Below, piece by piece: positions 60,151-64,000 of a stretch of 64,000 nt of DNA. The stretch is taken from assembly GCA_038206935.1 (NCBI GenBank), contig JBBRAJ010000014.1:23170-87169 (forward strand), in the 5' to 3' direction. The translations under genes and the position numbers were made by a program. Under the pieces are notes generated by a model. It saw nothing but the letters and a program-made list of their open reading frames with translations. It was not told the origin of the DNA and ran no database searches. This DNA is from Burkholderiales bacterium. Its GTDB lineage: Bacteria > Pseudomonadota > Gammaproteobacteria > Burkholderiales > Gallionellaceae. Position 1 is the stretch's first letter. The number at the start of each line of letters is the position of its first letter.

Positions 60151-61086
60151 ATGGAACAGATTTGTTTAAATTGCAATAGAAATATTGCAGTTGGTGCGCC
60201 AAAAATAACACTATACGATAGGCGCAAGGGCTTGAAGGGAAGTTGGCAACTTATTGAATGCAGTATTTGTGGTGTTTTGTCAATGATGCCCATGCCAACG
60301 GAGGAGCAGTTAGCTTGTTATTATGCCAGTTATTATTTAAAGAATGATAAAGTTGACCTAACGAGGCGGGTCGGTTCCCGATTTCCGTTGCTTAGAAAGC
60401 TATATCATTATTTAAGTGGAGATATTGATCCCCGAGACTTTATTCATGTTCCTAAAGGGGCGAGGGTGTTGGATTACGGCTGCGGACATGCTGGCTATCT
60501 CAGCGACTTTCATGATCGTGGTGTTGCTATTTCGGGTGCGGAAATTTCCGGCGATGTCGTTGAGGCTTGTCAGAAGCATGGATATGATGTTCATAAGGTG
60601 AATGATTTTTCACACATACCGTTTAAGGATGGTGAGTTTGATGTCGTATATCTCATGCAGGTATTTGAGCATTTAAGAGATCCAAATGGTTTTATGGAGG
60701 AACTGTCGCGAATTATGGCGGTTGAAGGGCAGCTTTATTTGGCGTTACCTAATGCATCAAGTATCTGGCGCCGAGTGTTCGCGGATGATTGGGTAAGTGG
60801 CTGGTTTGTGCCATTTCATTTATTTCATTTTGATGCAAAGAGTATGGCGAACTTGGCTGACCGATATGGATTTGATTTGGTTAGAAGCTGGTCTAATACA
60901 CCTGTAGATTGGTTTAAATTGAATCTGAAAGCTCGTCTGTACCCTGATGAGAATCAATTGGATAGATATGTTACTTGGCTTGATTCAAGGCCTATGCGTT
61001 TAATTTTAATGCTATTGTTGCGTATTATTGAACTGCCGTTCCGTGAGCGAGATTGTCTCGTAGTGCAATTAAGGAAGCGAGCATAA
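60151..61086 (+). CDS. class I SAM-dependent methyltransferase with N-terminal Cys4 zinc-ribbon-like segment
   Basis: CLNC...CSIC pairs at the N-terminus. Motif I is VLDYGCGHAGY. Confidence 0.7.
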   Translation: MEQICLNCNRNIAVGAPKITLYDRRKGLKGSWQLIECSICGVLSMMPMPTEEQLACYYASYYLKNDKVDLTRRVGSRFPLLRKLYHYLSGDIDPRDFIHVPKGARVLDYGCGHAGYLSDFHDRGVAISGAEISGDVVEACQKHGYDVHKVNDFSHIPFKDGEFDVVYLMQVFEHLRDPNGFMEELSRIMAVEGQLYLALPNASSIWRRVFADDWVSGWFVPFHLFHFDAKSMANLADRYGFDLVRSWSNTPVDWFKLNLKARLYPDENQLDRYVTWLDSRPMRLILMLLLRIIELPFRERDCLVVQLRKRA

Positions 61087-61170
61087 CTCTGCATGGTATT
61101 CAATTGAATATAAGTTCGTGATGGCGCAGTTGTCCGCCAATAATTAAACTAATGGGAAGGCTGTACAACG

Positions 61171-62577
61171 TTGATTTCAAGGCTGAAGGGAAAATTTGTT
61201 TATTTGAGTTTAGAATCATTTGACGAGAGTACAGCTGAAGGTCGGACAAAAGAGCGTTATCGCTTGTCTGCACTGGCTGCATTGAGTGGGCTAGTGAGTA
61301 ATATATTGACCATGGCGACGATGGTTATTACTGTCCCTCTTACTCTTGGCTACCTGGGTGAGGAGCGATTTGGTGTTTGGATGACAATTGGTAGTGTTGC
61401 AACTTTGTTGTCCTTTCTTGATCTTGGAATAGGTAACGGTTTAGTTAATCGTGTTGCAAAAGCCAGAGTAGACGCAGATCCAAACTATCTTTCATATGTG
61501 ATTTCGCATGGGTTAATTGTATTAACGTTGGTTGGGGTACTTATCGGCAGCATTTTGGTCTGCTTGTTGCAGTTCTTTTCCGTAGAAAGCTTAATCAAGG
61601 TTTCCAATCAATCTGTAGCAGCAGAAGTTAAGGATAGCATTCTTGTCTTTTGCGTTATTTTTGCCGTGAGCATTCCTTTGGGTGGTGTACAGAAAGTATT
61701 CCAAGGGCAGCAACGAACCTGGATTGCTACAGCTGTAAAAGGGATGGGGGCTCTACTATCCTTGCTTCTGGTATATTTTTTAGCGGCACAGAAGGTTGGT
61801 GTTCCTGCTCTATTGTTTGCAACCTATGGCATCCAAACATTAATAATGTGTGTGTTGCTGTATTTGTTGTATAAAGATAAGAAGTTATGTGTTCCAAGGT
61901 TCGTGTTTAGTGGATTTATTAGCGAATCAAAAACCTTGCTTAGTGTAGGTGGGTTATTCCTTGTGCTGCAAATTGGCTATCTAGTTGGCTGGAGTTCGGA
62001 TTCGTTAATCGTTTCGTCGGTGGTCGGTGCGGATGGAGTAACAAAATTGGCATTATTGCAGCGATTGTTTCAGTTTGTCTATTTACCATTGACTCTTATT
62101 AATGCACCACTTTGGAGTGCTTATGCTGACGCACATGCAAATGGTGATAATGACTTTGTTCGTAGTACATTATTGGGTGCGATAAAGCGGACTAGCTTGC
62201 TGGCATTGATTGGTTGTCTGGGTATCGTTTCATTTTCAAGCTATATTTTTCAGATATGGTTGAATGCGAAAGTGTCAGTTTCATTAGACTTTGTGATTAT
62301 TTATGCAATATGGATTTTTGTTCAGTGCGTATTTATGCCTGTAACGATGTTTCTGAATGGATTGGGGATAGTAAAAATTCAGATGTACGTTGTTGTTTTA
62401 TTCTGTATTGTTTGTCTGCCTATGAAAATATATTTCGCACATCTGTTTGGTGCGGTAGGCGTAATTCAAGCCGCAGTGCTTTCCTATGTAATGGTCGCAG
62501 TTATTCCATATGCTTGGTTGTTTTTCCGAGGAGGATTGCGGAGCTACGTGGTTTGTGAAAGGAAGTTCGTCGCATAA
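61171..62577 (+). CDS. wzx: oligosaccharide flippase (Wzx / polysaccharide biosynthesis protein family)
   Basis: About 12 predicted TM segments. N-terminal pattern LGYLGEERFGVW ... GIGNGLVN is typical of Wzx/MOP. The start codon is a TTG and is uncertain. Confidence 0.7.
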   Translation: MISRLKGKFVYLSLESFDESTAEGRTKERYRLSALAALSGLVSNILTMATMVITVPLTLGYLGEERFGVWMTIGSVATLLSFLDLGIGNGLVNRVAKARVDADPNYLSYVISHGLIVLTLVGVLIGSILVCLLQFFSVESLIKVSNQSVAAEVKDSILVFCVIFAVSIPLGGVQKVFQGQQRTWIATAVKGMGALLSLLLVYFLAAQKVGVPALLFATYGIQTLIMCVLLYLLYKDKKLCVPRFVFSGFISESKTLLSVGGLFLVLQIGYLVGWSSDSLIVSSVVGADGVTKLALLQRLFQFVYLPLTLINAPLWSAYADAHANGDNDFVRSTLLGAIKRTSLLALIGCLGIVSFSSYIFQIWLNAKVSVSLDFVIIYAIWIFVQCVFMPVTMFLNGLGIVKIQMYVVVLFCIVCLPMKIYFAHLFGAVGVIQAAVLSYVMVAVIPYAWLFFRGGLRSYVVCERKFVA

Positions 62578-62774
62578 TAGTCGTGAATGTACATTGGCTG
62601 AGGCTTCAACATATTAATGAACTTCACTAGTAGGGGCAGGATATTGTCCTTAAGTATTAGCAATTTTTGAATAGTTAGCAGGTTGTTAAGTTAATGAACT
62701 TACTGCGTTTGGTTTGTAGATGATAATTTAACAGAAGAATGTACACGATATGAGTTTTGGGGGGGATTGGCGTA

Positions 62775-64000
62775 ATGAATAACAACTGGATATTTTATTT
62801 TTTTACGTTTCTTGTTGTTACTATTTCTGGGAACCCGATTGTTGGTCTATTGGACAAGGAAACAGTAGTTATTGGTTCATTGGCTTTGTTTGTGCTTCTA
62901 TATATATTTAAACCTTCTAAATTTATAAAGCAGGATTTTTGGGTATTGAGTGGATTCGTATTGTTGACTGTGGTTCACATTTTCGTTTTTGGTTTTATGG
63001 TGATCTCAGCATCGTTGGGCTTTTTAATTAAATTGATTATTGCCTTGTTGGCAGTAAGATTGATTCCGGATTTTTTTCATAGATATATTAATGTGATGTA
63101 TTGGCTGTCGATCATAAGTTTTGTGTTTTTTATTCCCTTTTTTTTGGGGGTAGATATGCAAGGGCTTTTTTCATGGGCACGAGTGGCTATTCCAGATGAT
63201 ACATTTCATTATCACATTATTTTTTATAACTTGCGTGAAGAAGCTGCTACTGACGTAGTTAGAAATATGAGTGTGTTTTGGGAGCCAGGGGCGTTTGCAG
63301 GGTATCTCGTACTAGCACTATTTTTACTGATGGTCGAAGAACGAAAAGGGGCGCCTATTTCAAGGAAAATCGGAATTTGGGGATCAAGAAAAGGGCGTAT
63401 TCTTGCTATAGCATTGCTGACAAGTCAGTCAACAACAGGGTATATCGCCATAGCGGTACTAGTTTTATATACTATTTTTGAGAGTGGAATTTTCAAAACA
63501 ATCGCAATGAAGATTGTGGTTTTGCCGTTGGCAATTGTTGTTTTTATTTCAGCAGTATTTGTGTTGTTTACTCAAGTGTCGTTTCTTGGTGAGAAAATCA
63601 GTTTTCAATACGAATTTGCAACATCTCAACAGGATATGGAAATGGAGCAACTGAGTAAACTAACGCGCTTTGGGAATTTTACTTACGATTTGAATTGGAT
63701 TAGCAGCAAACCTATTGCTGGTTGGAGTGCGAATTCGCAAACACGTTTTTCTAGAGATTTGGATTTGGAGGAACTCATTTCAGCGCAGGGAAATGGATTC
63801 ACTGGATTTGCTGTTAAATATGGGCTGGTTGGACTGATTATTTATCTTGGTTTTTTCGCATATAGCACTAGGCAAACAACAGGCTCACCAGAAATGGCAT
63901 TCTTTGGAGTTGTTATTGTATGTTTGCTGTTAAACGGTGAGCAATTTTTAAATTTTTCACTTTTCTTGACCCTTATGTTTATACCTATAGCTCACAAGGT
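62775..64000 (+). CDS. polytopic membrane protein, probable O-antigen polymerase/ligase-like (Wzy), 3' end outside window
   Basis: This ORF is not in the supplied track. My hand translation from the ATG at 62775 is open for 408 codons to the window end. The protein is very hydrophobic with a larger loop (QYEFATSQQDMEMEQLSKLTRFGN...) and follows wzx. Confidence 0.55.
   Translation, partial: MNNNWIFYFFTFLVVTISGNPIVGLLDKETVVIGSLALFVLLYIFKPSKFIKQDFWVLSGFVLLTVVHIFVFGFMVISASLGFLIKLIIALLAVRLIPDFFHRYINVMYWLSIISFVFFIPFFLGVDMQGLFSWARVAIPDDTFHYHIIFYNLREEAATDVVRNMSVFWEPGAFAGYLVLALFLLMVEERKGAPISRKIGIWGSRKGRILAIALLTSQSTTGYIAIAVLVLYTIFESGIFKTIAMKIVVLPLAIVVFISAVFVLFTQVSFLGEKISFQYEFATSQQDMEMEQLSKLTRFGNFTYDLNWISSKPIAGWSANSQTRFSRDLDLEELISAQGNGFTGFAVKYGLVGLIIYLGFFAYSTRQTTGSPEMAFFGVVIVCLLLNGEQFLNFSLFLTLMFIPIAHK

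Noticed and set aside
1-64000. Search for CRISPR arrays, tRNA/rRNA genes, transposases, integrases, prophage or toxin-antitoxin/defence cassettes.
   Set aside because: I saw no direct-repeat/spacer arrays, no tRNA-like cloverleaf candidates in the intergenic regions, and no ORF with a transposase, integrase or restriction signature. The only repeats are the short palindromes and the nusB tandem repeat reported above.

Overview
This window looks like a chromosomal segment from a Gram-negative bacterium. Gene order and protein signatures fit a betaproteobacterium, possibly a Nitrosomonadales-like lithotroph or methylotroph, but I cannot confirm the organism without a search. I call 56 protein-coding genes. 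I found no rRNA, tRNA, CRISPR array, transposase or integrase.

Layout:
- 1-8.1 kb, minus strand: rnfABCDGE, then a cupin gene, nth and a DUF1841 gene. A 5'-truncated CHAT-domain gene sits at the left edge.
- 8.1-16.6 kb: kup, an AhpD-like gene, pyrD, an unknown membrane protein, the N-end-rule pair bpt and aat, a 504-aa unknown protein with a PilZ-like C-terminus, and an esterase.
- 16.8-18.8 kb: an Aer-type PAS protein and a TM-HAMP-MCP-CZB chemoreceptor in overlapping reading frames.
- 18.9-29.5 kb: yjgA, pmbA, then glyA-nrdR-ribD-ribE-ribBA-ribH-nusB-thiL-pgpA and a secreted nuclease.
- 29.5-36.2 kb, minus strand: two paralogous TonB-dependent receptors. The downstream one is tightly coupled to a COG2984-type periplasmic binding protein and a HAMP-GGDEF cyclase.
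- 36.5-46.1 kb: a SWIM-SNF2 helicase, a DHH phosphoesterase, an orphan fused Dpp/Opp-type ABC ATPase, yqjD/E/K-like genes and mltD.
- 46.5-64 kb: a surface-polysaccharide region with wbpM/capD-like, cysQ, rfaH, glmS, cysC, a PF14907-like nucleotidyltransferase, ugd, a GT4, wecD-like, wecE-like, a methyltransferase, wzx, and a wzy-like ORF that runs off the window and is absent from the ORF track.

Most notable observations:
- An exact 12-nt ops element (GGCGGTAGCGTG) lies between rfaH and glmS.
- PAPS-metabolism genes are embedded in the glycan cluster, next to an uncharacterised protein.
- The TBDR, binding-protein and diguanylate-cyclase genes form an operon.
- The Aer-like receptor is split and carries a CZB domain.
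- By eye, the sequence becomes more AT-rich from about 53 kb, with two large non-coding gaps.

All functional calls come from motif and family recognition by eye. No database search was run.
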